Shown here: piece after piece, positions 6,819 to 15,989 of the stretch
Layout: every line of letters begins with the position of its first letter
How positions within the stretch are numbered: the stretch's first letter is position 1
NCBI GenBank assembly: GCA_041663185.1
Contig: JBAZQY010000002.1
Coordinates: forward strand, 74,629-138,628
Direction of reading: 5' to 3'
From: Minisyncoccota bacterium
Lineage (GTDB): Bacteria > Patescibacteriota > Minisyncoccia > Phycocordibacterales > UBA9973
Length of the DNA: 64,000 nucleotides
The notes under the pieces: generated by a model
What the model was told of the DNA's origin: nothing
Databases searched by the model: none
Seen by the model: only the letters and a program-made list of their open reading frames with translations
Position numbers and translations under genes: made by a program

Positions 6819-9611
6819 ATGAAAAAAAACGAAGAAGGAAAAATAATAATAAAAGGGGCGCGGACACATAACTTGAAGAATATTAGCGTCGAGATGCCTC
6901 GGAATAAGATGGTTGTTATTACAGGTATGTCAGGAAGTGGAAAGAGCTCGCTTGCTTTTGATACTATTTTTGCTGAAGGCCAACGTCGGTATGTTGAGTC
7001 GCTTTCAGCGTATGCCAGGCAATTTTTAAACCAAATGCCAAAGCCAGATGTCGATGAGATAACAGGTCTTTCGCCGGCAATTTCGATTGACCAGAAATCT
7101 CGTTCGAACAATCCACGCTCGACAGTGGCGACGATTACAGAGATATATGATTATCTTCGAGTTTTATATTCTCGCATTGGACATCCGCATTGTCCGCTTT
7201 GTGGGGATGAAATAAAAAAACTTTCGAACGAAGAGATAATAAATTTTGCCTTGGATAAAATAAAAGAATTTCAAAAAAGTTCAAAAAAGAAAAAAGTTCT
7301 TGGTGTGGAATGGGACGAAACACCAATTTCTATTTTATCTCCAGTTGTTCGTGGCCGAAAAGGTGAATACTATCAGCTTCTGTATGATTTACTTGGCAAA
7401 GGCTTTACAGAAGTTCGCATGGATGGAAATATTAAAAAGTTGCGCGAGCGAATAGATATATCAAAAACAAAAACACACAACATTGAGGTTATAGTGGATT
7501 CTTTTCAAATCCATGAATTTAAAGATAATCCGAGCGATGCTCGAATGCGACTATCTGAAGCGGTGGAGAGAGCAATAATTGAGTCTGAGGGATTGGTTGT
7601 AATTGCTTTTGGGGATATAACTTTGCAGAAACACGCAAATTCTCCGCGCTTAACCCTAAAGGGCTCCGACACGACGGAGAATTTGCGTGTTTCTGCTCCG
7701 CTCCCTAATTATGAAGAATTTTTATTATCGTCAAAATTCTCTTGTCCACGAGATGGATTTGCGTTCCCGGAAATTGAACCACGACTTTTTTCTTTTAATT
7801 CTCCATACGGAGCTTGTCCGACATGTAATGGACTTGGGACAAAATATTTCGGTGGAACGGAAATATGTGATGATTGTCATGGTGCTCGACTAAGAGTTGA
7901 AGCCCTTAATGTGTTTATTGGGGAAAAAGTGAAGCAGGAACATAAAAATTCTTCCCGCTTAACCCTAAAGGGCTCCCTGCCCGACAGTGTCAGTCATAGG
8001 CAGGCGGGCGACACGGATAAGAATTTTCATATTCCTGCTTCGCTTAATATCGTTGACCTCACGCATTTATCGATAGACAAAGTTGCGGACTTTTTTATTG
8101 AACTTGAATTAAATGAACAAGAAAAAGAAATTTCAAATGTAGTGATTAAGGAAATTGAATCGCGTCTTCAGTTTTTATTGAACGTTGGTTTAAATTATTT
8201 ATCATTGGATAGAAAAGCCAATACTTTATCAGGTGGAGAAGCCCAACGTATTCGCCTCGCCAGCCAGCTGGGCTCACGATTAGTTGGAGCACTGTATGTT
8301 CTTGATGAACCGACGATTGGTCTGCACCAACGTGACAATGATAAATTAATTAAAACACTTGAAAATTTGCGTGATATTGGAAATACAATTATTGTTGTTG
8401 AGCACGATGAAGATACAATTTATTCATCGGATTATATCATCGATATTGGGCCAAAAGCCGGAGTCCACGGTGGGGAAGTTATTGTTGCTGATTATTTAGA
8501 CAAACTTCTAAGTGCTCCGACAAACTCTTCAAAATCAAGAACTTTGGCATATTTGCGTAATGAAGAAAGAATTGAAATCCCAGAGAAAAGACGTACGGGT
8601 GAAAAAGGTTCGATCAAAGTTGTTGGGGCAAAAGTTTTTAATATAAAAAACATGAATGTGGAAATTCCGCTCGGCAAGATGGTTACGATTACTGGAGTTT
8701 CTGGGTCTGGTAAAAGTTCTCTGATGTATGAAGTCCTCCATAAAAATCTACAGGCGCGTTATGAACGTAAATACAGAACAGCAACAGTGTTTAACTGCGC
8801 GTCTTTTTCAGGGACAGAATACTTGTCACGAGTAATTTTGATTGATCAATCACCAATCGGACGAACACCACGTTCAAATATTTCTACTTATACTGGCTCG
8901 TTTACTTTTATTCGTGATCTTTTTGCTAGCACCGAAGAAGCTCGTCTTCGGGGTTGGAAGGCCAATAGATTTTCTTTCAATGTAAAAGGGGGTCGTTGTG
9001 AGGCCTGTGAAGGTAACGGTGAGATAGCGGTAGAAATGCATTTCCTACCAACCGTCTATGTGACTTGTGATGTTTGTAATGGTAAAAGATTTGATAAAGA
9101 AACATTAACCATAAAATATAAAAAGAAAAATATTTACGATGTCCTCCAGATGACCGTCGAAGAAGGGTTGAAATTTTTTGAAGATATTCCAAATGTTTAT
9201 GACCGAGTTAAAACCTTAATGGATGTCGGGCTTGGATATGTGAAGCTCGGCCAATCAGCCACAACTCTTTCTGGTGGGGAAGCGCAAAGGGTAAAAATTT
9301 CTTCGGAGCTTTATCGCCCTTATTTGGAGAAAACAATTTATTTACTCGATGAGCCGACTGTCGGGCTTCATTATGATGATGTGGTAAAACTACTTGAGGT
9401 TTTGAATAAGTTAGTAAACAAAGGCAATTCTGTTGTTCTTATTGAACACAATATGGATATTATCAAAAATTCAGATTATATTATTGATGTAGGTCCTGAG
9501 GGAGGACTCGGTGGTGGTAATTTAGTGGCTAAGGGAACGCCAGAAGAAGTGGCCAACAATCCAGCTTCTCATACTGGTAAATATTTGAAAAAAGTGTTGA
9601 GGAGAAAATAA
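6819..9611 (+). CDS. uvrA: Excinuclease ABC subunit A (UvrA). It carries two in-frame subfamily-B repeat insertions.
   Basis: There are two ABC ATPase modules (GMSGSGKSSL and GVSGSGKSSL; LSGGEAQR twice; LDEPT twice) and zinc-finger Cys clusters (CPLCGDEI, CPTCNGLG, CEACEGNG, CDVCNGKRF). It is 930 aa. Confidence 0.95.
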   Translation: MKKNEEGKIIIKGARTHNLKNISVEMPRNKMVVITGMSGSGKSSLAFDTIFAEGQRRYVESLSAYARQFLNQMPKPDVDEITGLSPAISIDQKSRSNNPRSTVATITEIYDYLRVLYSRIGHPHCPLCGDEIKKLSNEEIINFALDKIKEFQKSSKKKKVLGVEWDETPISILSPVVRGRKGEYYQLLYDLLGKGFTEVRMDGNIKKLRERIDISKTKTHNIEVIVDSFQIHEFKDNPSDARMRLSEAVERAIIESEGLVVIAFGDITLQKHANSPRLTLKGSDTTENLRVSAPLPNYEEFLLSSKFSCPRDGFAFPEIEPRLFSFNSPYGACPTCNGLGTKYFGGTEICDDCHGARLRVEALNVFIGEKVKQEHKNSSRLTLKGSLPDSVSHRQAGDTDKNFHIPASLNIVDLTHLSIDKVADFFIELELNEQEKEISNVVIKEIESRLQFLLNVGLNYLSLDRKANTLSGGEAQRIRLASQLGSRLVGALYVLDEPTIGLHQRDNDKLIKTLENLRDIGNTIIVVEHDEDTIYSSDYIIDIGPKAGVHGGEVIVADYLDKLLSAPTNSSKSRTLAYLRNEERIEIPEKRRTGEKGSIKVVGAKVFNIKNMNVEIPLGKMVTITGVSGSGKSSLMYEVLHKNLQARYERKYRTATVFNCASFSGTEYLSRVILIDQSPIGRTPRSNISTYTGSFTFIRDLFASTEEARLRGWKANRFSFNVKGGRCEACEGNGEIAVEMHFLPTVYVTCDVCNGKRFDKETLTIKYKKKNIYDVLQMTVEEGLKFFEDIPNVYDRVKTLMDVGLGYVKLGQSATTLSGGEAQRVKISSELYRPYLEKTIYLLDEPTVGLHYDDVVKLLEVLNKLVNKGNSVVLIEHNMDIIKNSDYIIDVGPEGGLGGGNLVAKGTPEEVANNPASHTGKYLKKVLRRK
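7623..7700 (+). repeat. Structured palindromic repeat element, subfamily B, copy B1. It is in-frame in uvrA and is translated as ...NSPRLTLKGSDTTENLRVSAP...
   Basis: The core cgcttaaccctaaagggctccgacacga is flanked by the copy-specific inverted repeat aaacacgcaaattctccg versus cggagaatttgcgtgttt. The conserved outer ends are ttgcagaaa and tttctgctccg. Confidence 0.8.
7931..8041 (+). repeat. Structured palindromic repeat element, subfamily B, copy B2. It is in-frame in uvrA (NSSRLTLKGSLPDSVSHRQAGDTDKNFHIPAS) and carries a nested 31-bp palindromic insertion.
   Basis: The outer inverted repeat is gaagcagg versus cctgcttc, and the arms are aaaattcttcc versus ggataagaatttt. The core cgcttaaccctaaagggctcc...gacacgga is split by ctgcccgacagtgtcagtcataggcaggcgggc, which is itself an inverted repeat (ctgcc/ggcag, gcccg/cgggc). 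Confidence 0.75.
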
Positions 9612-9614
9612 AAA

Positions 9615-9633
9615 AGGGACAGACGCTGTCCCT
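9615..9633. terminator. Bidirectional hairpin between the convergent uvrA and a small minus-strand gene. The T-run lies on the minus strand.
   Basis: agggacagacgctgtccct with flanking A5 and A5 runs. Confidence 0.5.
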
Positions 9634-9653
9634 TAAAAAGATATTGGTTTTAT

Positions 9654-9872
9654 TTACCAATAATAGTCCATAAACTTGTAGAAGTATCTAAAAATTAAGA
9701 GTCCACCAAGAAAGCTCAGTCCTAAGGTTAAAAACAAAGGATTAAAAGGAGTTGAGTTTTCTATCCATTTTGTTATGTTTTCATTATAGCCAAGAGCAAT
9801 AATTCCAGTTTTAATCATAACAGCTGCTCCTAATACAATCATCGACAGGTAAAAAATAATTTTTTTGTTCAT
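9654..9872 (-). CDS. Small two-TM membrane protein, hypothetical.
   Basis: The ORF reads MNKKIIFYLSMIVLGAAVMI... with two hydrophobic helices. There is no recognisable family. Confidence 0.3.
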   Translation of the reverse strand: MNKKIIFYLSMIVLGAAVMIKTGIIALGYNENITKWIENSTPFNPLFLTLGLSFLGGLLIFRYFYKFMDYYW

Positions 9873-9913
9873 GATGTTGTTTTTTAGTTTCTTAAATGAT
9901 AACATAAAAAGAT

Positions 9914-11215
9914 ATGAAAGTCAAAGATTTAAAAAAATTTAAATTGCCAGAGAAACCAGGAGTTTATTTTTTTTACAAAAATAAAGATATTTTATATATA
10001 GGCAAGGCCACTTCGCTTCGCGATAGGGTAAAAAGCTATTTTGGTAAAGATCTCATAGTAACTCGTGGGCCAATTATTCTCGACATGGTAACTCAGGCAA
10101 CCTCGATTAAATGGCAGGAAACTGACAGTGTTCTAGAAGCGCTTATCTTAGAGGCAAATCTGATTAAAAAATATCAGCCGAAGTATAATACTAAAGAGAA
10201 AGATAATAAGAGTTTTAATTATGTTTGTATTACAAAGGAGGAAATACCCAAAGTTTTGGTTGTTCGTGGAAGGAACTTAAATTACCGAGCTGAAGGAAAG
10301 TTTTTCTCAGGTCCTCGGACGAGGGAGGACGAGGGGCCAGACCATTCAAAAAATCTTTCCTTCGGCTCGGTCTATGGCCCATTTCCAAATGGTTCACAAT
10401 TAAAAGAGGCGATGAGAATCGTGCGCAGGATTTTCCCATATATTGATGAACAATCCAGCAAAAAAAATAACAAAGAATTCTACAAACAATTGGGGCTAGT
10501 TCCTATTATTGGGGAGACAAAGCAGAAACATAAAAATTTTTATGTTTCTGCTTTGTCTGATTACAAGAAAAATATCAGAAATTTGAAGTTATTTTTTGAA
10601 GGCAAAAAGAAAAGAATAATTTCAAATTTAAAGAAAGAAATGGCAGCATTTTCAAAATCGCGAGATTTTGAAAATGCTGCTCGAATTCGCGACCAGATTT
10701 TTGCTTTAAATCATATAAACGATGTGGCTTTAATCAAAGAGGATAAGATATTCGGAAGTCCGACTTCCGAATATAGAGTTGAGGCATATGACATAGCTCA
10801 CATGTCAGGGCAAAATATGGTTGGAGTTATGACAGTTATGGAAGATGGACTACTCGCCAAAAATGAATATAAAAAATTTATAATTCGTTCGCAAAAATCT
10901 TCGAATGATACCGGCGCTCTTGAGGAAGTTCTTTCTCGTCGCTTTCGACATATAGAATGGGGCTTACCAAACCTCATTGTTGTCGATGGAAGTACTGCCC
11001 AGATAAATGTTGCCAAACGAGTTTTAAATAGATATCAATTCAAAATCGCAGTTGTTTCTGTTGTCAAAGACGACAAACATAAAGCCAAAGCAATAATGGG
11101 GGATGAAATACTCATCAAAAAATACAAAAAAGAGATTCTCCTAATAAACAGCGAAGCGCACCGTTTTGCAATTGCCTTTCATAAACAAAAAAGAAATAAA
11201 AATTTCCTCAGATAG
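9914..11215 (+). CDS. uvrC: Excinuclease ABC subunit C (UvrC), short form. It has GIY-YIG, UVR and endonuclease domains but no C-terminal (HhH)2. It carries an in-frame subfamily-C repeat insertion.
   Basis: GVYFFYKNKDILYIGKATSLRDRVKSYF is the GIY-YIG motif. FENAARIRDQIFAL is the UVR domain. The RNase H-like region is present. The 433-aa length is shorter than the canonical roughly 600 aa. Confidence 0.8.
   Translation: MKVKDLKKFKLPEKPGVYFFYKNKDILYIGKATSLRDRVKSYFGKDLIVTRGPIILDMVTQATSIKWQETDSVLEALILEANLIKKYQPKYNTKEKDNKSFNYVCITKEEIPKVLVVRGRNLNYRAEGKFFSGPRTREDEGPDHSKNLSFGSVYGPFPNGSQLKEAMRIVRRIFPYIDEQSSKKNNKEFYKQLGLVPIIGETKQKHKNFYVSALSDYKKNIRNLKLFFEGKKKRIISNLKKEMAAFSKSRDFENAARIRDQIFALNHINDVALIKEDKIFGSPTSEYRVEAYDIAHMSGQNMVGVMTVMEDGLLAKNEYKKFIIRSQKSSNDTGALEEVLSRRFRHIEWGLPNLIVVDGSTAQINVAKRVLNRYQFKIAVVSVVKDDKHKAKAIMGDEILIKKYKKEILLINSEAHRFAIAFHKQKRNKNFLR
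10285..10370 (+). repeat. Structured repeat element, subfamily C, copy C1. It is in-frame in uvrC and is translated as ...SGPRTREDEGPDHS...
   Basis: The core gtcctcggacgagggaggacgaggggccagaccat has an internal GGACGAGG x2 direct repeat. It is flanked by a copy-specific 26-bp inverted repeat, ccgagctgaaggaaagtttttctcag versus tcaaaaaatctttccttcggctcgg. Confidence 0.8.
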
Positions 11216-11223
11216 GAAAGATT

Positions 11224-11300
11224 ATATGCAAAAATTATGAGTAGGTGTGGGCGCGCGCCGAGCGAAGCGAGGTAGGGATAAGCGAATAATTTTTGTATAT
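11224..11300 (-). repeat. Structured palindromic repeat element, subfamily A, copy A2. It is intergenic between uvrC and ddl, in reverse orientation.
   Basis: The reverse complement is cgcttatccctacctcgcttcgctcggcgcgcgcccacacctac. The arms are atatgcaaaaattat versus ataatttttgtatat. The ORF-track N-terminal extension of ddl (MGARRAKRGRDKR...) is just this element translated. Confidence 0.8.
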
Positions 11301-11369
11301 AATCTTTCCTATTTTCAAATAAAAGCTATTTCAATTCCTATTATTTTAAATAATTGTTATAATGAATTT

Positions 11370-12374
11370 ATGATAAAAGTTGGAGTTATTCGTGGGGGAA
11401 TAAGTGGGGAATATGAAGTATCACTTGCAAGTGGTGCTCAAGTTCTTGAACATTTACGAAGCGACAAGATGAATAAAAAATACAAACCCGTTGATATCTT
11501 TATTGATCGCGATGGTATTTGGCATGTGAGTGGCATTCCTACAACGATGGATAAAATAATTCACAAAGTAGATGTTATTGTAAATGCTCTTCATGGGGAC
11601 TATGGTGAAGATGGTAAGGTCCAACAGTTGCTTGAGCAGTGGGGGATTCCATATACCGGTAGTGGGCCTTTTGCTTCAGCTATTGGCTACAACAAACTGC
11701 TAACCAAACAAGAATTTTCAAAGTTAGGAATAAACACACCAAGGCATATTCTTTTCCCAGCATATCAGGAAGATTTTGATGGACCAAAAGATAAATATGC
11801 ACTTTCAAAAGCTCGAGAAGTTCTTGAGCGCTTGCCCCCACCATGGATTGTAAAGCCCCTAACTGGTGGGTCATCGATGGGTATGCATATTTGTAAAACG
11901 TTTCAATCTCTTATTGATGCATTTAAAGATGGTGTCAATGGAAAGGTTAGTGTGCTTGTCGAAGAGTTTATAAAAGGCAAAGAAGCGACGGTAGGAGTGA
12001 TAGATAATTTTCGAGGAAAAGATATTTATACTCTCCCTCCGATTGAAATCCGAATTCCAAAAACGAGTGCATTTTTTGATAATGAAGTGAAATACAACGG
12101 TCAATCACAAGAAATTTGCCCGGGAAATTTTACAGATACTGAGAAAGAAGAGCTTGAACGCCTAGCTTCTCTTATCCACACCGGATTGGATCTTAGCCAC
12201 TATTCAAGAAGCGATTTCATTATTCACCCAAAGAGGGGCATTTTTGCTCTCGAAGTAAATACCTTGCCAGGGCTTACGGGAGAGTCACTAATGCCTAAAG
12301 CACTCAAGGCTGTCGGTTCTGATTTGCCTGAGTTTATTGAACATATCATTAAATTGGCGAAGAATCGAAGATAG
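11370..12374 (+). CDS. ddl: D-alanine--D-alanine ligase
   Basis: MIKVGVIRGGISGEYEVSLASG is the N-domain. ATP-grasp motifs (WIVKPLTGGSSMGMHI, EEFIKGKEATVGV, ALEVNTLPGLT) are present. The start is moved to the ATG at 11370, which is in-frame and downstream of the repeat. A TATAAT 8 nt upstream suggests a leaderless mRNA. Confidence 0.85.
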   Translation: MIKVGVIRGGISGEYEVSLASGAQVLEHLRSDKMNKKYKPVDIFIDRDGIWHVSGIPTTMDKIIHKVDVIVNALHGDYGEDGKVQQLLEQWGIPYTGSGPFASAIGYNKLLTKQEFSKLGINTPRHILFPAYQEDFDGPKDKYALSKAREVLERLPPPWIVKPLTGGSSMGMHICKTFQSLIDAFKDGVNGKVSVLVEEFIKGKEATVGVIDNFRGKDIYTLPPIEIRIPKTSAFFDNEVKYNGQSQEICPGNFTDTEKEELERLASLIHTGLDLSHYSRSDFIIHPKRGIFALEVNTLPGLTGESLMPKALKAVGSDLPEFIEHIIKLAKNRR

Positions 12375-12430
12375 TTATTTAAAGGGTATTGATTTTTCTA
12401 CATAAATATGATATAATATTAAGATAAATT

Positions 12431-13438
12431 ATGAAAAGATTTCTCGAAAAAATTACTCATACTATTATTCCCCACGAAAAGAACAGCAACGTTCCTCATA
12501 TTTTGAAGATAGAATCTCTGTTTGTTATCGCTACTTTTGCTATTGTTTTATTTTATTTTAATCAAAACAATTTTAGTATAATTAGGAATTTAAATTTATC
12601 AGCAACAGTTTATCCGGCGGTGCTTGCAGACCTCGCCAATCAAGATCGAGCAGTTTCTGGTGTATCTCTACTTACTTGGAACAATACTCTTGCCGAGGGA
12701 GCCAAATTAAAAGCCCTTGATATGGCGGAGAATAGTTACTTTGCCCACACGAGCCCATCTGGGGTTACTCCATGGTCATGGTTTGCAAAAGTAAATTATA
12801 ATTTTATCTATGCTGGAGAGAATCTGGCGGTAGATTTTACTGAATCAAAAAATGTACAGAACGCTTGGCTTAATTCTCCGACCCATCGAGCCAATATTTT
12901 AAGTTCACATTTCACTGAAGTGGGGATTGCGACCGTTGATGGAGTTTTTGAGGGTAAGAATACGACTTTTGTTGTCGAGTTTTTTGGCAGACCAGCTGAA
13001 GCTAAAGTGATTGAAAAATCTATTCTCAAAACACCCCAAACATTACCAAAAGAAACAAATAAAGTTACAACATCAAGTGTCGCCGGAGTATCAGCCGAGA
13101 AAGTACCGTCTCAAAATACTAAGCAAGATTTAAATATTAAAACAGTAGAAGAGACAGACAAATATATTGTTGTTAAAAATGAAAACATTCTAGGTGAAGA
13201 GTTTCCGATAATTTCAGATAATTTGAAAAGTAAATCATTGTCGACTTGTTTTGAGCGTTTTATCGTAAGCCCAACACAGACAATTAAATATATTTATATG
13301 ATTGTTCTCGTGCTAGTTTTGATCGCTATTTTATTAATGCTTTCAAAAGAGTACAAGAAACACCACATAAAACATGTAGTTATGGGAGTGGTACTCGTCA
13401 TTATAGTGGCGGTACTTTTATACACTATCTCTGTATAA
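12431..13438 (+). CDS. Membrane-anchored CAP/SCP (YkwD-like) domain protein.
   Basis: It has an N-terminal TM helix. The CAP-like motifs are AHTSPSG, YAGENLAVDF, NAWLNSPTHRANIL and HFTEVGIA. A C-terminal TM helix is present. Confidence 0.5.
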   Translation: MKRFLEKITHTIIPHEKNSNVPHILKIESLFVIATFAIVLFYFNQNNFSIIRNLNLSATVYPAVLADLANQDRAVSGVSLLTWNNTLAEGAKLKALDMAENSYFAHTSPSGVTPWSWFAKVNYNFIYAGENLAVDFTESKNVQNAWLNSPTHRANILSSHFTEVGIATVDGVFEGKNTTFVVEFFGRPAEAKVIEKSILKTPQTLPKETNKVTTSSVAGVSAEKVPSQNTKQDLNIKTVEETDKYIVVKNENILGEEFPIISDNLKSKSLSTCFERFIVSPTQTIKYIYMIVLVLVLIAILLMLSKEYKKHHIKHVVMGVVLVIIVAVLLYTISV

Positions 13439-14072
13439 TTTCTTCTTTTTTGTGACGGAAAAGGTCTATAATATAGAACATATATTTTGTTCCATTTTTT
13501 GATAAGTTGAAGAGTATTGCTATTGTAAACAATAAGATTGCAATCTTTGTACTATAAAATGCCACAACTATTGCGATAACAGCAGATATCACTGGGAAGA
13601 GGATATGCATATTTGCATGTTCGTTTTCTGTTTTAGTAAATGGTAGATTTTCAATCGTCTCGGATTTGATAGCATATCGTCTCATACGGTAAAGAATTAT
13701 ACCAATTAATATAATATTTATAGCAAAGAAAATGACTCCAGTTTTAGAATCGATATATCTTCCCAAGAAGTCAGAAGAGAATGGAACCAAAGCCACAAGG
13801 AATAAAAAGATTCCACTCAAATTTGAAAATTGCACATCAATATTTTTTGCAAGAACTGAGGCGATGATGTGGTGTGATCTCCAGTAAGTAAAAAGGAGAG
13901 AGAAGCTCAGCATGTAACTAAGCAGAAGTGGGTAGATACTAAACAGAGAACTAATAAGTGCTTGCTCTCCGACAATACCCGAAAGGATGGGCACTCGTAT
14001 TTCGAAAACTAAAATAGTCATAACGATAGCAAAGATACCATCTGATAATTGATCTAATCTTGATTGTTTCAT
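13425..14072 (-). CDS. DUF1211 / TMEM175-family membrane protein (putative K+ channel family).
   Basis: RLDQLSDGIFAIVMTILVFEIRVP is the signature motif, duplicated in the second half (FSSDFLGRYIDSKTGVIFFAINIILIGIILY). Confidence 0.6.
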   Translation of the reverse strand: MKQSRLDQLSDGIFAIVMTILVFEIRVPILSGIVGEQALISSLFSIYPLLLSYMLSFSLLFTYWRSHHIIASVLAKNIDVQFSNLSGIFLFLVALVPFSSDFLGRYIDSKTGVIFFAINIILIGIILYRMRRYAIKSETIENLPFTKTENEHANMHILFPVISAVIAIVVAFYSTKIAILLFTIAILFNLSKNGTKYMFYIIDLFRHKKEEIIQR

Positions 14073-14102
14073 ATAGGTAATTATATTATAATACTATTCA
14101 TC

Positions 14103-15077
14103 ATGCAAAGAAAAATATTAATTACTGGTGCCTTGGGCCAAATTGGCTCAGAGCTGATACCTGCCCTAAGAGAGAAGTATGGAAGTGAGAATGTCATTGC
14201 TGTCGGGCATCACAAAGAACCAACCGAAGAATTCAAGCAAGCTGGGCCTTTTGAGATGGCAGATGCAAGTGACAAGGAAGCCGTCCGAGCTTTGATTGAA
14301 AAATATCAAATCAATACGATTTACCATTTAGTTGGTATTTTGTCGGCTGTGGGGGAGAAGAATCCGAATCTAGCTTGGGATGTGAATATGAAAAGTTTGA
14401 AAAATGTTTTAGATTTGGCTGTGGAGTATAAAATCGATAGGGTATTCTGGCCAAGTTCGATAGCGGCTTTTGGGCCGACAACACCTTTATACGATACTCC
14501 TCAACAAACTATTTTGGAACCGACGACAATGTATGGAGTCACAAAAGTTTCAGGGGAATTATTATGTCAGTATTACTTTGTTAAATATGGCTTAGATATT
14601 AGAAGTTTACGTTATCCTGGAATAATTTCTTGGAAGACGCCCCCAGGTGGTGGTACGACTGACTATGCAGTTGCGATTTATTATGATGCTATCGCAAAAG
14701 GGAAGTATGAATGTTTTGTAAAAGAGGATACAGTTCTACCGATGATGTATATGGATGATGCTGTTCGTGCGACGATCCAATTGATGGAAGTCGAAAAAGA
14801 AAAAATAAAAGTGCATACTGCTTACAATCTAACAGCCATTAGTTTCTCGGCCAAAGAATTAGCCGACAATGTCGGGAAATATGTTGAGGATTTCGTCTGC
14901 ACATTTGTTCCAGATGAACGACAAAAAATTGCCGACTCATGGCCGAAGACGATCGATGATAGTAAGGCGAGAGGCGATTGGGGCTGGCAACATGAATTTG
15001 ATTTAGACAAAATTTCAGTTGAGATGATTAAAAATCTTAAAAATCCCAGTAGTAGAGCGAAGCTCACTACGGGATAA
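14103..15077 (+). CDS. NAD-dependent epimerase/dehydratase-family L-threonine 3-dehydrogenase-like enzyme.
   Basis: ILITGALGQIGSELIPALREKYGSENVI closely resembles the N-terminus of short-chain TDH (ILITGGLGQLG...). The YxxxK active site is present (YGVTK). Confidence 0.65.
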   Translation: MQRKILITGALGQIGSELIPALREKYGSENVIAVGHHKEPTEEFKQAGPFEMADASDKEAVRALIEKYQINTIYHLVGILSAVGEKNPNLAWDVNMKSLKNVLDLAVEYKIDRVFWPSSIAAFGPTTPLYDTPQQTILEPTTMYGVTKVSGELLCQYYFVKYGLDIRSLRYPGIISWKTPPGGGTTDYAVAIYYDAIAKGKYECFVKEDTVLPMMYMDDAVRATIQLMEVEKEKIKVHTAYNLTAISFSAKELADNVGKYVEDFVCTFVPDERQKIADSWPKTIDDSKARGDWGWQHEFDLDKISVEMIKNLKNPSSRAKLTTG

Positions 15078-15092
15078 ATAAAAAGGATTAAT

Positions 15093-15255
15093 TGGGCAAT
15101 AAAAAAGACCTGACATTGCTGTCAGGCCCAACCCTCATATCGAGGATTAATTAAGGTCACGCAAAAGCGGACGTGACATGTCCCCCAGGATACGGCGTTG
15201 CCAGGAACCGTTAAAATATTAGGGGGCTCGTATCTTATTTAGAATTAATATATCT
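15093..15255 (-). ncRNA. Candidate structured small RNA of unknown class, ending in a strong minus-strand intrinsic terminator.
   Basis: There are several G/C hairpins (gtcacgcaaaagcggacgtgac; ccccc...ggggg). The 3' hairpin cctgacagcaatgtcagg is followed by TTTTTT on the minus strand (15101-15126). No ORF is present. Confidence 0.3.
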
Positions 15256-15341
15256 AATTATAGTATTTTTGTCAAGTATTGTTTATACAACCCCAAAAAC
15301 AGATATTTGAGAAGTAAGTTAAAAAGTATTATGATTGAATT

Positions 15342-15557
15342 ATGCAAAAAAGAACAATCCTAAATGGGGGATATATTGGCATTCTAATGCTTTTGCTTGG
15401 AGTGGCTATTATTGTATTTTTTATTATTCGGACAGATTTATTTACAAATGAAAAAGATGGTAAAAATATGATTGAACAGAATAAGGATGCTATCGATAAA
15501 GCCAATGCAGTTAAGGCGCTGATGGAACAAAAAAGTAGGGAATCGGTTGGGGAATAA
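15342..15557 (+). CDS. Small single-TM protein, hypothetical.
   Basis: The ORF has a hydrophobic helix (GYIGILMLLLGVAIIVFFII). There is no family match. Confidence 0.3.
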   Translation: MQKRTILNGGYIGILMLLLGVAIIVFFIIRTDLFTNEKDGKNMIEQNKDAIDKANAVKALMEQKSRESVGE

Positions 15558-15756
15558 ATAAGAATTGATTATTTTGCTATGGAGTGCTACGCACACCAAA
15601 TTATTGTGTATCACAAGTTACTAAATATTTTACTCCAAGCATTCGCAAAATATGTAAGTACTCGCGACCCCAGCTCGGCAATTTTTCTGCTGAAAAATTA
15701 TGCCTGTGCTTTCCACAAACTAAAAATTCCCAAGCAGTTGGGAATTTTTTACGTTT

Positions 15757-15830
15757 GTGGACCCTACAGGACTCGAACCTGCCACCCCCTCATTGCAAAT
15801 GAGGTGCTCTACCAGATGAGCTAAGGGCCC
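15757..15830 (-). tRNA. tRNA-Ala (anticodon UGC)
   Basis: The reverse complement GGGCCCTTAGCTCATCTGGTAGAGCACCTCATTTGCAATGAGG...GGTTCGAGTCCTGTAGGGTCCA forms a cloverleaf. The G3:U70 pair and a TTTGCAA anticodon loop are present. Confidence 0.85.
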
Positions 15831-15989
15831 AAACTTAATTCTTAATTCTTAATTCTTTCATTATATATTACCTGATTTATATTTTTTTGCAATAGTTAAA
15901 GATTAGATATTATTTTGAATTTATTGACAATATTCTTACTTCATGCTAGTATTCAGAAAAACGAAAGATAAACCTTTAAACTGAAAATT

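Noticed and set aside
6782-7111. 109-aa minus-strand ORF.
   Set aside because: It lies antisense within the 5' end of uvrA and the upstream leader, and so is spurious. The same applies to the other short antisense ORFs inside hsdR, uvrB, murA, leuS and elsewhere.
11247-11369. N-terminal extension of ddl given by the ORF track (MGARRAKRGRDKR...).
   Set aside because: The extension is simply a translation through repeat copy A2 and an AT-rich spacer. The conserved Ddl N-terminus (MIKVGVIRGG) starts at the in-frame ATG at 11370.
15579-15824. Two overlapping 70-80-aa ORFs.
   Set aside because: They overlap tRNA-Ala and an AT-rich promoter region. Neither has protein-like composition.
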